From: Bacteroidia bacterium
GTDB taxonomy: Bacteria > Bacteroidota > Bacteroidia > NS11-12g > UBA955
Reading direction: 5' to 3'
DNA length: 64,000 bases
Assembly (NCBI GenBank): GCA_044368575.1
Contig: JBIPPH010000001.1
Span: forward strand, 65,663-129,662
Below the pieces are notes generated by a model. The model saw nothing but the letters and a program-made list of their open reading frames with translations, was not told where the DNA came from and searched no databases. The position numbers and the translations under genes were made by a program. Positions 19,129 to 28,220 of this stretch are shown here, piece by piece; the first letter of the stretch is position 1; each line of letters opens with the position of its first letter.

Positions 19129-19902
19129 ATGGCATTTAAAATAAGCTTTTTAGGCACCGGCACATCACAGGGCGTCCCTTTGATAGCCTGTGCTTGTAAA
19201 GTTTGTCAAAGCCATGACAGCAAAGATAAACGCTTACGCAGCAGCATTAAAATTGATAATGAGGGTTCTGTTATAGTCATCGATTCTGGTCCTGACTTCA
19301 GACAACAAATGCTCAGAACCAATACCCAGCGTTTAGATGCATTACTCTTCACGCATGAGCATAAAGACCATATTGCTGGCATGGACGATATCCGCGCTTT
19401 TAATTACAGCTTAAAACAAGCCATAGATGTTTATGCCCATGAGCGTGTTCAAGAAGCGCTTAAGCGAGAGTTTCAGTACATTTTTTCGGACTTTAAATAC
19501 CCTGGCGTACCAGAAGTTAATTTACATGAATTAAAAGCCAACCAAGCTTTATCGCTCTGCGGTTTAAACATAATGCCTATTGAAGTCATGCATTATAAAT
19601 TGCCTGTATTAGGCTTTAGAATCAATGACTTTACTTATATCACAGATGCTAATAGCATTTCTGATGCCAGTAAAGATTTGATCAGAGGGAGTAAAGTTTT
19701 GGTGCTCAATGCGCTAAGACACGAAACCCACATCAGTCATTTTACACTAGACGAAGCCATTGGGTTGGCACACGAGTTACAAATCCCGCAAGTCTATTTA
19801 ACGCATATTAGTCATCAATTGGGCTTGCATGAGCAAGTACAAGCAACTTTGCCAGCAGGTATCAGTTTGGCATATGATGGTCTAGAGATTTTAATGGATT
19901 AA
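19129..19902 (+). CDS. MBL-fold metallo-hydrolase (PhnP-like)
   Basis: 257 aa with the HxHxDH motif THEHKDHIAG and an N-terminal Cys cluster CACKVCQS, as in PhnP-type enzymes. Confidence 0.8.
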   Translation: MAFKISFLGTGTSQGVPLIACACKVCQSHDSKDKRLRSSIKIDNEGSVIVIDSGPDFRQQMLRTNTQRLDALLFTHEHKDHIAGMDDIRAFNYSLKQAIDVYAHERVQEALKREFQYIFSDFKYPGVPEVNLHELKANQALSLCGLNIMPIEVMHYKLPVLGFRINDFTYITDANSISDASKDLIRGSKVLVLNALRHETHISHFTLDEAIGLAHELQIPQVYLTHISHQLGLHEQVQATLPAGISLAYDGLEILMD

Positions 19903-21105
19903 ACCCTCATACAATGTTTTCCAAGCGGAACTAACCGCTGTGTTTTCGTAGTTTTTGATGGCAGTCAATTGTCCGTTTTCGGCTATTTCAGTTCTCAATT
20001 CAGGATTGAGAATTAATTGAGACAATGCCGCTGCAAATGATTGAGCATCATGAGCAATTAAGCAATCTTTGTCTTTTTCTACATTTAATCCATTAGCGCC
20101 AATTACAGTGGTAACAACGGCTTTGCCTTCCATCATGGCTTCAATGGTTTTCATTCGGATACCACTTCCGCTATTCAATGGCACAACTAAAATGCCTTTA
20201 TCTTTGGCAAATTCACTGGCAGAATCGACCTCGCCTTGAACATGAAAATGTGTTGTATTCCATTTGAAATAGCGTGCAGGCATGCCTTTGCCAGCCATAT
20301 AAAAATGAACCGAGGGGTGTTGTTTGTGTAAGATAGGCCAAACCTCTGAATGAAACCATTCCATTGCTTCTTGATTAGGCATCCAATTCATGTAAGCCAA
20401 ATGGTATAAGTTATCATTAGGACTAATTGTTGTTGCATGGTGAGCAATAATTCCCCCAGGTAATTGAAGTAATTTAGCTTTTAGCCCCCATGTTTGACAG
20501 TCTTTGAGGTCAATAGGGGAAATGCAGACGATTGCCTCAAATCGTTTGCTAATAGAAGTTTCAAAGGTCTTTAAACGTTTTGCAAGAAGTTTTAAGTACC
20601 AACGCTTAATTGGATTATTAGTGGTTTGAGCCAGTAATTCCCAAATTTTGTATTCAATATTATGGCTCCTGTATACACAAGGTATGCTATCTAATCCTGC
20701 TCCTTTTTGGGTTTGTAACCACTGAACATATTGCGTTATAAACAAGCTTTCAAAATGGATCAAGTCAAATTGTTCTTGGTCAATAGTTGATTGTATCAGT
20801 TGGGTGAATCCAGGGTCGGTAAAACGATCAATGTGGTAGGAGCGCTTTGAAAATAAATTTAACAGCGCTTTGAATACGGACAAACTAGTGTCTATTTCAT
20901 AGGTTTTAACCACTTTACAAAAGGAAAATGCCTTTTGAATGGTATCTGCCTCTACAAAATGTTTTTTGGTGTTAAGGGTAATGAAGTGAATTTCAACCCC
21001 TAATTGACTTAAACCTAGCAACATATTATAAGTTGCTATGGCGCCGCCATCTTTGAGTGGCCATGGTACTCTATTGCCTATGACTAAGACTTTCAAACGC
21101 TTCAA
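19891..21105 (-). CDS. glycosyltransferase family 4-like
   Basis: 404 aa; N-terminal KVLVIGNRVPWPLKDGG and a C-terminal GT-B region with EAMMEGKAVVTT (E-x7-E-like). TTG start. Confidence 0.75.
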   Translation of the reverse strand: MKRLKVLVIGNRVPWPLKDGGAIATYNMLLGLSQLGVEIHFITLNTKKHFVEADTIQKAFSFCKVVKTYEIDTSLSVFKALLNLFSKRSYHIDRFTDPGFTQLIQSTIDQEQFDLIHFESLFITQYVQWLQTQKGAGLDSIPCVYRSHNIEYKIWELLAQTTNNPIKRWYLKLLAKRLKTFETSISKRFEAIVCISPIDLKDCQTWGLKAKLLQLPGGIIAHHATTISPNDNLYHLAYMNWMPNQEAMEWFHSEVWPILHKQHPSVHFYMAGKGMPARYFKWNTTHFHVQGEVDSASEFAKDKGILVVPLNSGSGIRMKTIEAMMEGKAVVTTVIGANGLNVEKDKDCLIAHDAQSFAAALSQLILNPELRTEIAENGQLTAIKNYENTAVSSAWKTLYEGLIH

Positions 21106-21170
21106 ATTTAACCAAAATCTGAAGCCGTCAGGAATTTTTAAAAAATATTTTGTTTTTAATCATTATTCAT

Positions 21171-21178
21171 TACCTTTG
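21171..21178 (+). promoter_or_regulatory. -7 type promoter box TACCTTTG upstream of rpsT
   Basis: Exact match 18 nt upstream of the rpsT ATG. Confidence 0.5.
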
Positions 21179-21196
21179 CAGTCCTATTTTTAGAAA

Positions 21197-21451
21197 ATGG
21201 CAAATCACAAATCATCGATCAAAAGGATCAGACAAACTGAAGTAAAGAACGAAAGAAACCGTTACCAACACAAAACCACTCGTAACTTGGTAAGAAAACT
21301 TCGTGAAACAACTGATAAATCTGCAGCTGCTGCATTGTATGTAGAAACAGCTAGCATGTTAGATAAATTAGCTAAGCGTAATGTTATCCACAAAAACAAA
21401 GCTTCAAACTTGAAGTCTAGTTTGTCTGTGCACGTTAATAGCTTGAAATAA
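21197..21451 (+). CDS. rpsT: 30S ribosomal protein S20
   Basis: 84 aa; [13 protein letters not shown] start and a basic composition typical of S20. Confidence 0.95.
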   Translation: MANHKSSIKRIRQTEVKNERNRYQHKTTRNLVRKLRETTDKSAAAALYVETASMLDKLAKRNVIHKNKASNLKSSLSVHVNSLK

Positions 21452-21473
21452 CAAGACATTCCCACATGGGACA

Positions 21474-21499
21474 AGCCTCCGGAAACGGGGGCTTTTTTT
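21474..21499 (+). terminator. intrinsic terminator after rpsT
   Basis: 8-bp stem (21474-21481 pairs with 21486-21493, one G-U) with a GAAA loop, followed by seven T. Confidence 0.75.
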
Positions 21500-21524
21500 G
21501 TTTATATCCCTGCTATAATTTTTG

Positions 21525-21532
21525 TATTTTTG
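21525..21532 (+). promoter_or_regulatory. -7 type promoter box TATTTTTG
   Basis: Exact match 25 nt upstream of the ATG at 21558. Confidence 0.4.
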
Positions 21533-21557
21533 TAGCTCGAATAGTAAATTATTGATT

Positions 21558-22808
21558 ATGGTAGATATTTTTGAAAAAGTAATTAAGAACATGGGCCCAT
21601 TGGGTTCACACATCAAGGAAGCTCACGGGTATTTCACATTCCCGAAATTAGAAGGTGATATTGGACCAACTATGGTCTTTAATGGCAGAGAAAAATTAAA
21701 CTGGAGCTTAAACAATTATTTAGGTTTAGCCAATCATCCAGAAGTAAGAAAAGCTGATGCTGATGCAGCAGCTCAATATGGTTTAGCTTACCCAATGGGT
21801 GCTAGAATGATGAGTGGCAACAGCAATCCTCACGAACAACTTGAAAGAGAATTGGCGGAGTTTTGTGGTAAAGAAGATTCAATTTTATTGAACTACGGTT
21901 ATCAAGGTGTCGTATCCATCATTGATGCAATGGTTGACAGACATGATGTGATCGTATATGATGCGGAGTCTCATGCTTGTATAGTGGATGGTGTTAGATT
22001 GCACCAAGGTCAGCGTTTTATGTTCAAACACAACGATATGGAGAGTTGTGAAAAACAATTACAGAGAGCAACAAGATTGGTTGAAAAATCAGGTGGCGGC
22101 ATTTTTGTGATTACTGAGGGCGTGTTTGGTATGAGTGGTAATCAAGGCAATTTAAAAGGTATTGTAGCCCTTAAAGACAAATACAGTTTCAGATTATTCG
22201 TTGACGATGCTCACGGTTTTGGTACTATGGGTAAACGCGGTTCTGGAACAGCAGAGGAGCAAGGTGTTATTGATCAAGTGGATTTACACTTTTCAACTTT
22301 TGCTAAATCTATGGCAAGCATAGGCGCTTTCGTAGCAGGTCCTAAAGCCATTTTAAATTTCTTAAGATACAATTTGCGTTCTCAAATTTATGCTAAATCA
22401 TTGCCTATGCCTCTAGTTGTGGGTGCGCTTAAGCGTTTGGATTTGATTAGAACTCAGCCTGAGTTAAAAGACAACCTTTGGAAAATCGTTAATGCTTTGC
22501 AAGGCGGTTTAAGAGAAGCTGGTTTTGAAATAGGAACTACTTCAACGCCTGTAACCCCAGTTATATTAAATGGTACTGTTGCTGAATCTACTCACTTGAC
22601 TTTCGACTTGAGAGAGAACTATGATATTTTCTGCTCTATAGTGGTATACCCTGTAATACCTAAAGGCTTAATCATTCTAAGATTAATCCCTACAGCAGTT
22701 CATACCATGGCAGATGTTGAAAGAACAATTGCAGCATTCAAAGACATCAAAGCCAATTTGTTGGCAGGTAAATATCAGCATGATCAATTGGTGAATGCTG
22801 CTTTATAA
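21558..22808 (+). CDS. alpha-oxoamine synthase family PLP enzyme (Kbl/BioF/serine palmitoyltransferase/cysteate acyltransferase-like)
   Basis: 416 aa; NNYLGLANHPEV, DDAHGFG and FSTFAKSMAS (PLP lysine) motifs. Start set to the ATG at 21558 (MVDIFEKV). Confidence 0.8.
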   Translation: MVDIFEKVIKNMGPLGSHIKEAHGYFTFPKLEGDIGPTMVFNGREKLNWSLNNYLGLANHPEVRKADADAAAQYGLAYPMGARMMSGNSNPHEQLERELAEFCGKEDSILLNYGYQGVVSIIDAMVDRHDVIVYDAESHACIVDGVRLHQGQRFMFKHNDMESCEKQLQRATRLVEKSGGGIFVITEGVFGMSGNQGNLKGIVALKDKYSFRLFVDDAHGFGTMGKRGSGTAEEQGVIDQVDLHFSTFAKSMASIGAFVAGPKAILNFLRYNLRSQIYAKSLPMPLVVGALKRLDLIRTQPELKDNLWKIVNALQGGLREAGFEIGTTSTPVTPVILNGTVAESTHLTFDLRENYDIFCSIVVYPVIPKGLIILRLIPTAVHTMADVERTIAAFKDIKANLLAGKYQHDQLVNAAL

Positions 22809-22862
22809 GCCGCTTATCAAATCAATTTAATAAGTTTTATTAAGGTCCATAATTTGCGAATT

Positions 22863-23687
22863 ATGGACTTTTTTTTTGGGTATTTTGCGGCCAGTAAAGC
22901 TCAAATTCACAGCAGTTTGGTCTTGATTGTATTGATCATTATTCTGCTCTTTTGGCCTTTTCTTGAATCTCTTTTTACAAGTAAAAACTTAACTTTGTTA
23001 GCGCCTCAGACAGTCTTTACATCTCACTCTAGTCCTAAACTTTTAACTAAACGAAGAGCATGTAGGCCATTTATACCAGAGCAATTAAAGGTCGAAGACT
23101 GGGTTGATCTAGGTTTTTCAAAGTTTATTGCAGAAAGGATTTTACGTTATCAACTCAGGCACCGCATTAAAAATTTCAAGGATTTAACTTGCGTTTATGG
23201 CATAGATACTTTGTTGTTGCAGGCTTTAAAACCTTGCATGCGGTTCGACGCTCAAGTCAATAAACAACTTTATAAAAGTCAAACCAACCAGCTTGCATTA
23301 GAAATCAATACTGCTGATACCCAAGCATTAGAACAACTGCCTTTTATTGGAATGAAATTGGCTAAGCGCATAGTTGATTATAGAACGCGATTAGGGGGCT
23401 TCGTGAGTTTAGACCAACTCATGGAATTATATGGCTTAAAACAAGAGCAGTTTGAACAGATGACTAAGTATTTAAAAGTTGATCCAAAATTGATACAATA
23501 TATTGCAATTAATTTAGTGGCATTTGATCAATTGCGCCTTCATCCTTATTTAACCTATTCGCAGGCCAAGGCGATTATCAATTTTAGAACCCAACATGGT
23601 CCGTTTGCTTCTTCAATTGACTTGCAAAAAACCTTAGTTTTAGATGACGTTCAACTGAATAAATTGTTACCTTATCTTAAATTTTAA
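22863..23687 (+). CDS. ComEA-like helix-hairpin-helix domain membrane protein
   Basis: N-terminal TM helix and two HhH-type segments (LEQLPFIGMKLAKRIVDYR and LTYSQAKAIINFRTQHGPF). The start is uncertain (ATG 22863 versus TTG 22854). Confidence 0.55.
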   Translation: MDFFFGYFAASKAQIHSSLVLIVLIIILLFWPFLESLFTSKNLTLLAPQTVFTSHSSPKLLTKRRACRPFIPEQLKVEDWVDLGFSKFIAERILRYQLRHRIKNFKDLTCVYGIDTLLLQALKPCMRFDAQVNKQLYKSQTNQLALEINTADTQALEQLPFIGMKLAKRIVDYRTRLGGFVSLDQLMELYGLKQEQFEQMTKYLKVDPKLIQYIAINLVAFDQLRLHPYLTYSQAKAIINFRTQHGPFASSIDLQKTLVLDDVQLNKLLPYLKF

Positions 23688-23716
23688 AAACCCTGTACAT
23701 TGCATGGTTTTTTTAG

Positions 23717-23724
23717 TAAATTTG
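23717..23724 (+). promoter_or_regulatory. -7 type promoter box TAAATTTG
   Basis: Exact match 8 nt upstream of the ATG at 23733. It lies inside the longest-ORF extension, which argues for the shorter start. Confidence 0.45.
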
Positions 23725-23732
23725 CCGTAAAT

Positions 23733-24872
23733 ATGAACTTTCAAGCTACTGAAAATCAGTTAATGATTCGACAAATGTGTAAAGACTTTGCCGAAAAAAA
23801 CATCCGCCCTCATGTAATGGAATGGGACGAATCACAAACCTTTCCAACCCATGTGTTTAAACAAATGGGCGAATTGGGATTAATGGGAGTTTTGGTGCCT
23901 CAAGAATTTGGTGGTTCAGGCATGGGTTATTATGAATACTTGGAAGCGATTGTTGAAATCGCTAAAGTATGTGGCTCTGTTGGATTAAGCCTTGCCGCTC
24001 ACAACAGTTTATGTACAGGGCACATCATGATGTTTGGAAATCACGAACAAAAAAGCAAATGGTTGCCAAAATTAGCAAGTGGTGAATGGATCGGAGCTTG
24101 GGGCTTAACGGAGGCCAATACAGGTAGTGATGCATTGCGCATGCAAGTCACTGCCAAAAAAGTTGGTGATGAATGGATTTTGAATGGGGCTAAAAATTGG
24201 ATCACTCATGGCGCTACTGGCGACATAGCTGTTGTATTGGCAAGAACAGGTGATTTGTTAGATTCAAGAGGGATAACTGCTTTTGTAGTAGAACGCGGTA
24301 CACCTGGTTTCAAAGCTGGCAAAAAAGAAAATAAATTGGGCATGAGAGCAAGTGAAACTGCAGAGATGATTTTTGAAGATTGTCATATTCCTGCGGCTAA
24401 TATGTTAGGTCAAGAAGGAGAGGGTTTTATCCAAGCCATGAAGATACTTGATGGAGGAAGAATCTCAATTGCGGCACTGTCTTTAGGCATTGCTAAAGGC
24501 GCCTATGAGGCGGCATTGAAATATGCTCAAGAAAGACAACAGTTTGGTCAACCAATAGCTCAATTTCAAGGAATAGGGTTTAAATTGGCAGATATGGCGA
24601 CCCAAATTGAAGCTGCAGAGCTATTGATTTTAGAGGCCTGTCATTTGAAAAACACTGGTCAAAACGTTAATAAAGTATCGGCTATGGCTAAATATTATGC
24701 CAGTGAAGTCAGTGTCAAAGTTGCTACTGAAGCGGTGCAAATTTTTGGCGGTTATGGCTATACCAAAGACTTTCCAGTTGAGAAATATTACAGAGACAGT
24801 AAACTATGTACAATAGGCGAAGGGACCTCTGAAATTCAAAAGTTGGTAATTTCTAGAGCAATTTTGAAATAA
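23733..24872 (+). CDS. acyl-CoA dehydrogenase
   Basis: 379 aa; GAWGLTEANTGSD, FGGYGYTKDFPVEKYYRDSKLCTIGEGTSEIQ C-terminal signature. Confidence 0.93.
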   Translation: MNFQATENQLMIRQMCKDFAEKNIRPHVMEWDESQTFPTHVFKQMGELGLMGVLVPQEFGGSGMGYYEYLEAIVEIAKVCGSVGLSLAAHNSLCTGHIMMFGNHEQKSKWLPKLASGEWIGAWGLTEANTGSDALRMQVTAKKVGDEWILNGAKNWITHGATGDIAVVLARTGDLLDSRGITAFVVERGTPGFKAGKKENKLGMRASETAEMIFEDCHIPAANMLGQEGEGFIQAMKILDGGRISIAALSLGIAKGAYEAALKYAQERQQFGQPIAQFQGIGFKLADMATQIEAAELLILEACHLKNTGQNVNKVSAMAKYYASEVSVKVATEAVQIFGGYGYTKDFPVEKYYRDSKLCTIGEGTSEIQKLVISRAILK

Positions 24873-24898
24873 AAGCTTTGGAGAATTAAAAATTTCAT

Positions 24899-24906
24899 TA
24901 TCTTTG
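24899..24906 (+). promoter_or_regulatory. -7 type promoter box TATCTTTG upstream of rpsU
   Basis: Exact match 23 nt upstream of the rpsU ATG. Confidence 0.5.
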
Positions 24907-24929
24907 CACTCCTAATTGAGAAATTACAC

Positions 24930-25124
24930 ATGATTTATATCAACGTAAAAGACAACGAAAACTTAGACAAAGCCTTAAAGAAGTACAAAAAGAAGTACGA
25001 AAAAATTGGCGTAATGAAAGAATTAAGAAGCCGTCAAGCTTTTGAAAAACCATCTATCACAAGAAGAATGGAAATCAAAAGAGCTGCTTACAGAACTTTC
25101 GTTCAAAGTCAAGAAAATAAATAA
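24930..25124 (+). CDS. rpsU: 30S ribosomal protein S21
   Basis: 64 aa; the highly basic ALKKYKKKYEKIGVMKELRSRQAFEKPS is typical of S21. Confidence 0.93.
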   Translation: MIYINVKDNENLDKALKKYKKKYEKIGVMKELRSRQAFEKPSITRRMEIKRAAYRTFVQSQENK

Positions 25125-25145
25125 TTCACTTTTTTAGTGTAAATT

Positions 25146-25180
25146 AGCGTCCGATAATTCTATTGTCGGACGCTTTTTTT
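25146..25180 (+). terminator. intrinsic terminator after rpsU
   Basis: 12-bp stem (25146-25157 pairs with 25163-25174, one G-U) with a 5-nt loop, followed by a run of seven T (25174-25180). Confidence 0.8.
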
Positions 25181-26083
25181 ATACAGCAATTTGAACAATA
25201 CTTGAGAGCAGAGAAAAAGCTCTCCAAGCATTCTGTGGTAGCATACATCAATGATGTTAGCACATGTGTTAATTACGCCATTAATGCTTTCGATATCCAG
25301 GCAATTTCAGAACTAAAGCATCTTTTTATTAAGTCTTGGTTGAGCCAAATGCTTTCAGACGGCATAGATCCCCGCTCTGTTAGGCGTAAAATATCCTCTC
25401 TTAAAACCTATTACAAATATTTATTGAAGCACAGTTTGGTTTCAACTGATCCTATGCTCAAGGTAACATCGCCTAAAATGGCTAAGAAATTACCCGATTT
25501 CATTGAACTCCATAAGATGGATCAGATCATAGAGGGTATGTCAACAGACGCCGACGACAGTAAACATCGGTTAGCAAATGATATACTTTTAACGCTTTAT
25601 CATACTGGCATGCGTTTAAGTGAATTGATTCAACTCAAAAAACAAGATATAGACTTACACCAAAAAACGCTTAAAGTATTGGGCAAACGCAACAAAGAAA
25701 GAATCATTCCTATTGCCCAAGAATTAGTGGAATTGTTACAATACTATTTGCCGCTTATGCCTGATAGTCCGCTGGTATTTCATACCCATACTAGCGCACC
25801 ATTATACCCTAATTACGTTTACAGATGCGTTAAGCAATTGTTGAGTGAACACCATGCCATTCGCAAGAAAAGCCCCCATGTTTTGAGGCATACATATGCT
25901 ACCCATTTGCTCAACAATGGTGGTGATTTGAACGCTATTAAGGAATTATTAGGGCATGCCAATTTATCAGCCACTCAAGTTTATACTCATAACAGCGTTG
26001 AGCGTCTAAAATCAATACACAAACAAGCACATCCGAGAAGCGGACAATCAAAAGTTTCAAAAGAGAAAGCACCAGACAATTGA
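25163..26083 (+). CDS. tyrosine site-specific recombinase, XerC/XerD family
   Basis: 306 aa. N-terminal SAM-like core-binding region (FEQYLRAEKKLSKHSVVAYINDV) and catalytic R...HxLRH...Y residues (GMRLSEL, HVLRHTYATHLL, LGHANLSATQVYTH). The only plausible start is the TTG at 25163, inside the terminator stem. Confidence 0.85.
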   Translation: MSDAFFIQQFEQYLRAEKKLSKHSVVAYINDVSTCVNYAINAFDIQAISELKHLFIKSWLSQMLSDGIDPRSVRRKISSLKTYYKYLLKHSLVSTDPMLKVTSPKMAKKLPDFIELHKMDQIIEGMSTDADDSKHRLANDILLTLYHTGMRLSELIQLKKQDIDLHQKTLKVLGKRNKERIIPIAQELVELLQYYLPLMPDSPLVFHTHTSAPLYPNYVYRCVKQLLSEHHAIRKKSPHVLRHTYATHLLNNGGDLNAIKELLGHANLSATQVYTHNSVERLKSIHKQAHPRSGQSKVSKEKAPDN

Positions 26084-26452
26084 TCTGACATTTAAAAAAG
26101 GAATCAATTCCTTAAGTCTTAGCGGCTTAAATCCATCCTTACAGCAATATTTATATTTTTTTTTCAATTTTTTTGGAGAAAGGACTTATTGCTCTACTTA
26201 GTCTTATTAAAAAGGAATAAATTTGTCTAAAGCAATGATTTATCAATGGTTTAATGTAAATTTACCTCGGTAAAATTTAGTCAAAAAATCCTCAAAAAAG
26301 GACAGGCTTGAACGTTTTGGAGTTTACTTAGGGGGTTTTTTATGAATATTTTTTCTGCAAACGCTTTGAAATATCAATCTTTTTGTCTTTTTTTGCAGTC
26401 CTTTTTGCAGAAAACCAATTTGGTCAAATGTAAAAATTAAGTTCTTTAACAC

Positions 26453-26525
26453 GCCACTTTAGCTCAGCTGGTAGAGCAACTGATTTGTAATCAGTAGGTC
26501 GTTGGTTCGATCCCGACAAGTGGCT
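26453..26525 (+). tRNA. tRNA-Thr (anticodon UGU)
   Basis: 73-nt cloverleaf folded by hand: acceptor gccactt/aagtggc, anticodon arm actga-tttgtaa-tcagt, T-loop ttcgatc. CCA is encoded (26526-26528). Confidence 0.93.
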
Positions 26526-26538
26526 CCAAATTGTAATT

Positions 26539-26619
26539 GGGAAGTTTCCAGAGTGGCTAAATGGGACAGACTGTAAATCTGTTGCTTCGGCTTCGGTGGT
26601 TCGAATCCACCACTTCCCA
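26539..26619 (+). tRNA. tRNA-Tyr (anticodon GUA)
   Basis: 81 nt with a long variable arm, acceptor gggaagt/acttccc, anticodon loop ctgtaaa, T-loop ttcgaat. CCA is encoded. Confidence 0.9.
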
Positions 26620-26661
26620 CCACGACAATTGACACAACATTTTAGACTCTGTGTTTGAATT

Positions 26662-26734
26662 GCGGGAGTAGCTCAGTTGGTAGAGCGACAGCCTTCCAAG
26701 CTGTAGGTCGCGGGTTCGAGCCTCGTCTCCCGCT
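26662..26734 (+). tRNA. tRNA-Gly (anticodon UCC)
   Basis: 73 nt; acceptor gcgggag/ctcccgc, anticodon arm acagc-cttccaa-gctgt. CCA is not encoded. Confidence 0.92.
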
Positions 26735-26771
26735 CTGCTCAGGCGAGTTTCGGTGTTGAGAATTTAAACCA

Positions 26772-26843
26772 GCCGTTGTAGCTCAGGGGTAGAGCACTTC
26801 CTTGGTAAGGAAGAGGCCAAGGGTTCAAATCCCTTCAATGGCT
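26772..26843 (+). tRNA. tRNA-Thr (anticodon GGU)
   Basis: 72 nt; acceptor gccgttg/caatggc (one G-U), anticodon arm cttcc-ttggtaa-ggaag. CCA is not encoded. Confidence 0.92.
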
Positions 26844-26903
26844 CAGATAGATAAAAGAAAAAGTAAAAATTAGAATATAATAACATAAAAAAACAAATTA
26901 ATC

Positions 26904-28091
26904 ATGGCAAAAGAAACATTTGACCGCTCTAAAGCCCACGTTAACATTGGAACTATTGGTCACGTTGACCACGGTAAAACCACATTAACTGCGGCTATTA
27001 CTACAGTTTTATCTACAAAAGGTTTAGCTGAAAAATCATCTTTTGAATCTATCGACTCTGCTCCAGAGGAAAAAGAAAGAGGTATCACAATCAACACTGC
27101 ACACGTTGAGTACAATACCGAAACTAGACACTACGCACACGTTGACTGTCCGGGCCACGCTGACTATGTTAAAAACATGGTAACTGGTGCTGCTCAAATG
27201 GACGGTGCCATCCTAGTTGTTGCTGCAACTGATGGTCCAATGCCACAAACTCGTGAGCACATCTTGTTAGCTCGTCAGGTTGGTGTACCTCGCTTGGTTG
27301 TTTTCTTAAACAAATGCGACATGGTAGACGATGCTGAATTATTAGACTTAGTTGAAATGGAAGTTCGTGAATTATTGAGCTTCTACCAATTCGACGGTGA
27401 CAATACTCCAATCATCCGTGGTTCTGCTTTAGGTGGATTAAACGGTGAGCCTGCTTGGGTTGAAAAAATCATGGAATTAATGAATGCAGTTGATACTTGG
27501 ATTCCAATTCCTCCACGTTTGGTTGACCAACCATTCTTGATGCCAGTTGAAGACGTGTTCTCAATCACTGGTCGTGGTACAGTTGCTACAGGTCGTATCG
27601 AAAGAGGTGTAGTTAACGTAGGTGAAGCAGTTGACATTATCGGTCTTGGTGATGAAAAATTATCTTCTACTATTACTGGTGTAGAAATGTTCCGTAAACT
27701 CCTTGATAGAGGTGAAGCTGGTGACAACGCAGGTTTATTATTGCGTGGTATCGACAAAACCCAAATCAAAAGAGGTATGGTTATTTGCAAACCAGGTTCA
27801 GTAACTCCACACGCTAAATTTAAAGCTGAGGTATACGTATTGAGCAAAGAAGAAGGTGGTCGTCACACGCCATTCTTTAACAAATACCGTCCACAATTCT
27901 ATTTCCGTACCACGGACATCACTGGTGAAGTATCTTTACCAGAAGGTGTAGAAATGTGTATGCCTGGTGATAACATCACTATCACAGTTCAATTGATCGC
28001 TCCAATCGCTATGGAAAAATCTCTACGTTTCGCTATCCGCGAAGGTGGTAGAACCATCGGTGCTGGTCAGGTAACTGAAATTTTAGACTAA
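26904..28091 (+). CDS. tuf: elongation factor Tu
   Basis: 395 aa; [18 protein letters not shown] and NKCD GTPase motifs, with full-length EF-Tu similarity. Confidence 0.99.
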   Translation: MAKETFDRSKAHVNIGTIGHVDHGKTTLTAAITTVLSTKGLAEKSSFESIDSAPEEKERGITINTAHVEYNTETRHYAHVDCPGHADYVKNMVTGAAQMDGAILVVAATDGPMPQTREHILLARQVGVPRLVVFLNKCDMVDDAELLDLVEMEVRELLSFYQFDGDNTPIIRGSALGGLNGEPAWVEKIMELMNAVDTWIPIPPRLVDQPFLMPVEDVFSITGRGTVATGRIERGVVNVGEAVDIIGLGDEKLSSTITGVEMFRKLLDRGEAGDNAGLLLRGIDKTQIKRGMVICKPGSVTPHAKFKAEVYVLSKEEGGRHTPFFNKYRPQFYFRTTDITGEVSLPEGVEMCMPGDNITITVQLIAPIAMEKSLRFAIREGGRTIGAGQVTEILD

Positions 28092-28109
28092 TCACTAAAT
28101 GTAAATACT

Positions 28110-28149
28110 GTTAGTCACCTTGATTTTAATCAGGGTGACTAACGTTTTT
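28110..28149 (+). terminator. strong hairpin plus T-run after tuf (terminator or attenuator), abutting tRNA-Trp
   Basis: 14-bp stem (28110-28123 pairs with 28030+100 to 28143, i.e. 28130-28143) with a 6-nt loop, then GTTTTT. tRNA-Trp starts at the next base. Confidence 0.7.
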
Positions 28150-28220
28150 ACGAGAGTAGTTCAAGGGTAGAATAGAGGTCTCCAAAACCTTTGATGGGAG
28201 TTCGAATCTCTCCTCTCGTG
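28150..28220 (+). tRNA. tRNA-Trp (anticodon CCA)
   Basis: 71 nt; acceptor acgagag/ctctcgt, anticodon arm gaggt-ctccaaa-acctt, T-loop ttcgaat. CCA is not encoded. Confidence 0.9.

Noticed and set aside
26342-26437. A 31-codon ORF (MNIFSANALKYQSFCLFLQSFLQKTNLVKCKN) preceded by AGGGGG, in the 370-nt spacer upstream of the tRNA cluster.
   Set aside because: It is short and low-complexity, and it overlaps the T-rich region where the tRNA-tuf promoter is expected. Shine-Dalgarno-like sequences are not informative in Bacteroidota, and there is no supporting evidence.
25163-26843. A tyrosine recombinase next to a cluster of four tRNA genes, read as the signature of an integrated mobile element or genomic island.
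   Set aside because: The recombinase has XerC/XerD-type motifs and sits directly after rpsU. No direct repeat of a tRNA 3' end was found, and no phage, conjugation or cargo genes are present. The flanking genes are core (rpsU, tuf operon), so it is interpreted as the chromosomal dimer-resolution-type recombinase.
27383-27847. Long antisense ORFs inside highly conserved genes. Examples: 154 aa opposite tuf; 31675-32181 and 33526-33984 opposite rpoB; 35673-36023 and 38728-39000 opposite rpoC; 48271-48693 opposite fabF; 50395-50832 opposite the CoA-transferase; 49173-49493 opposite the PLP enzyme.
   Set aside because: Each lies wholly inside a confidently identified gene on the other strand. 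Their translations are low-complexity Ser/Pro/Thr/Leu-rich with no motifs, and no promoter box or start context is present. This is the expected by-product of codon bias, which depletes stop codons in the antisense frame.
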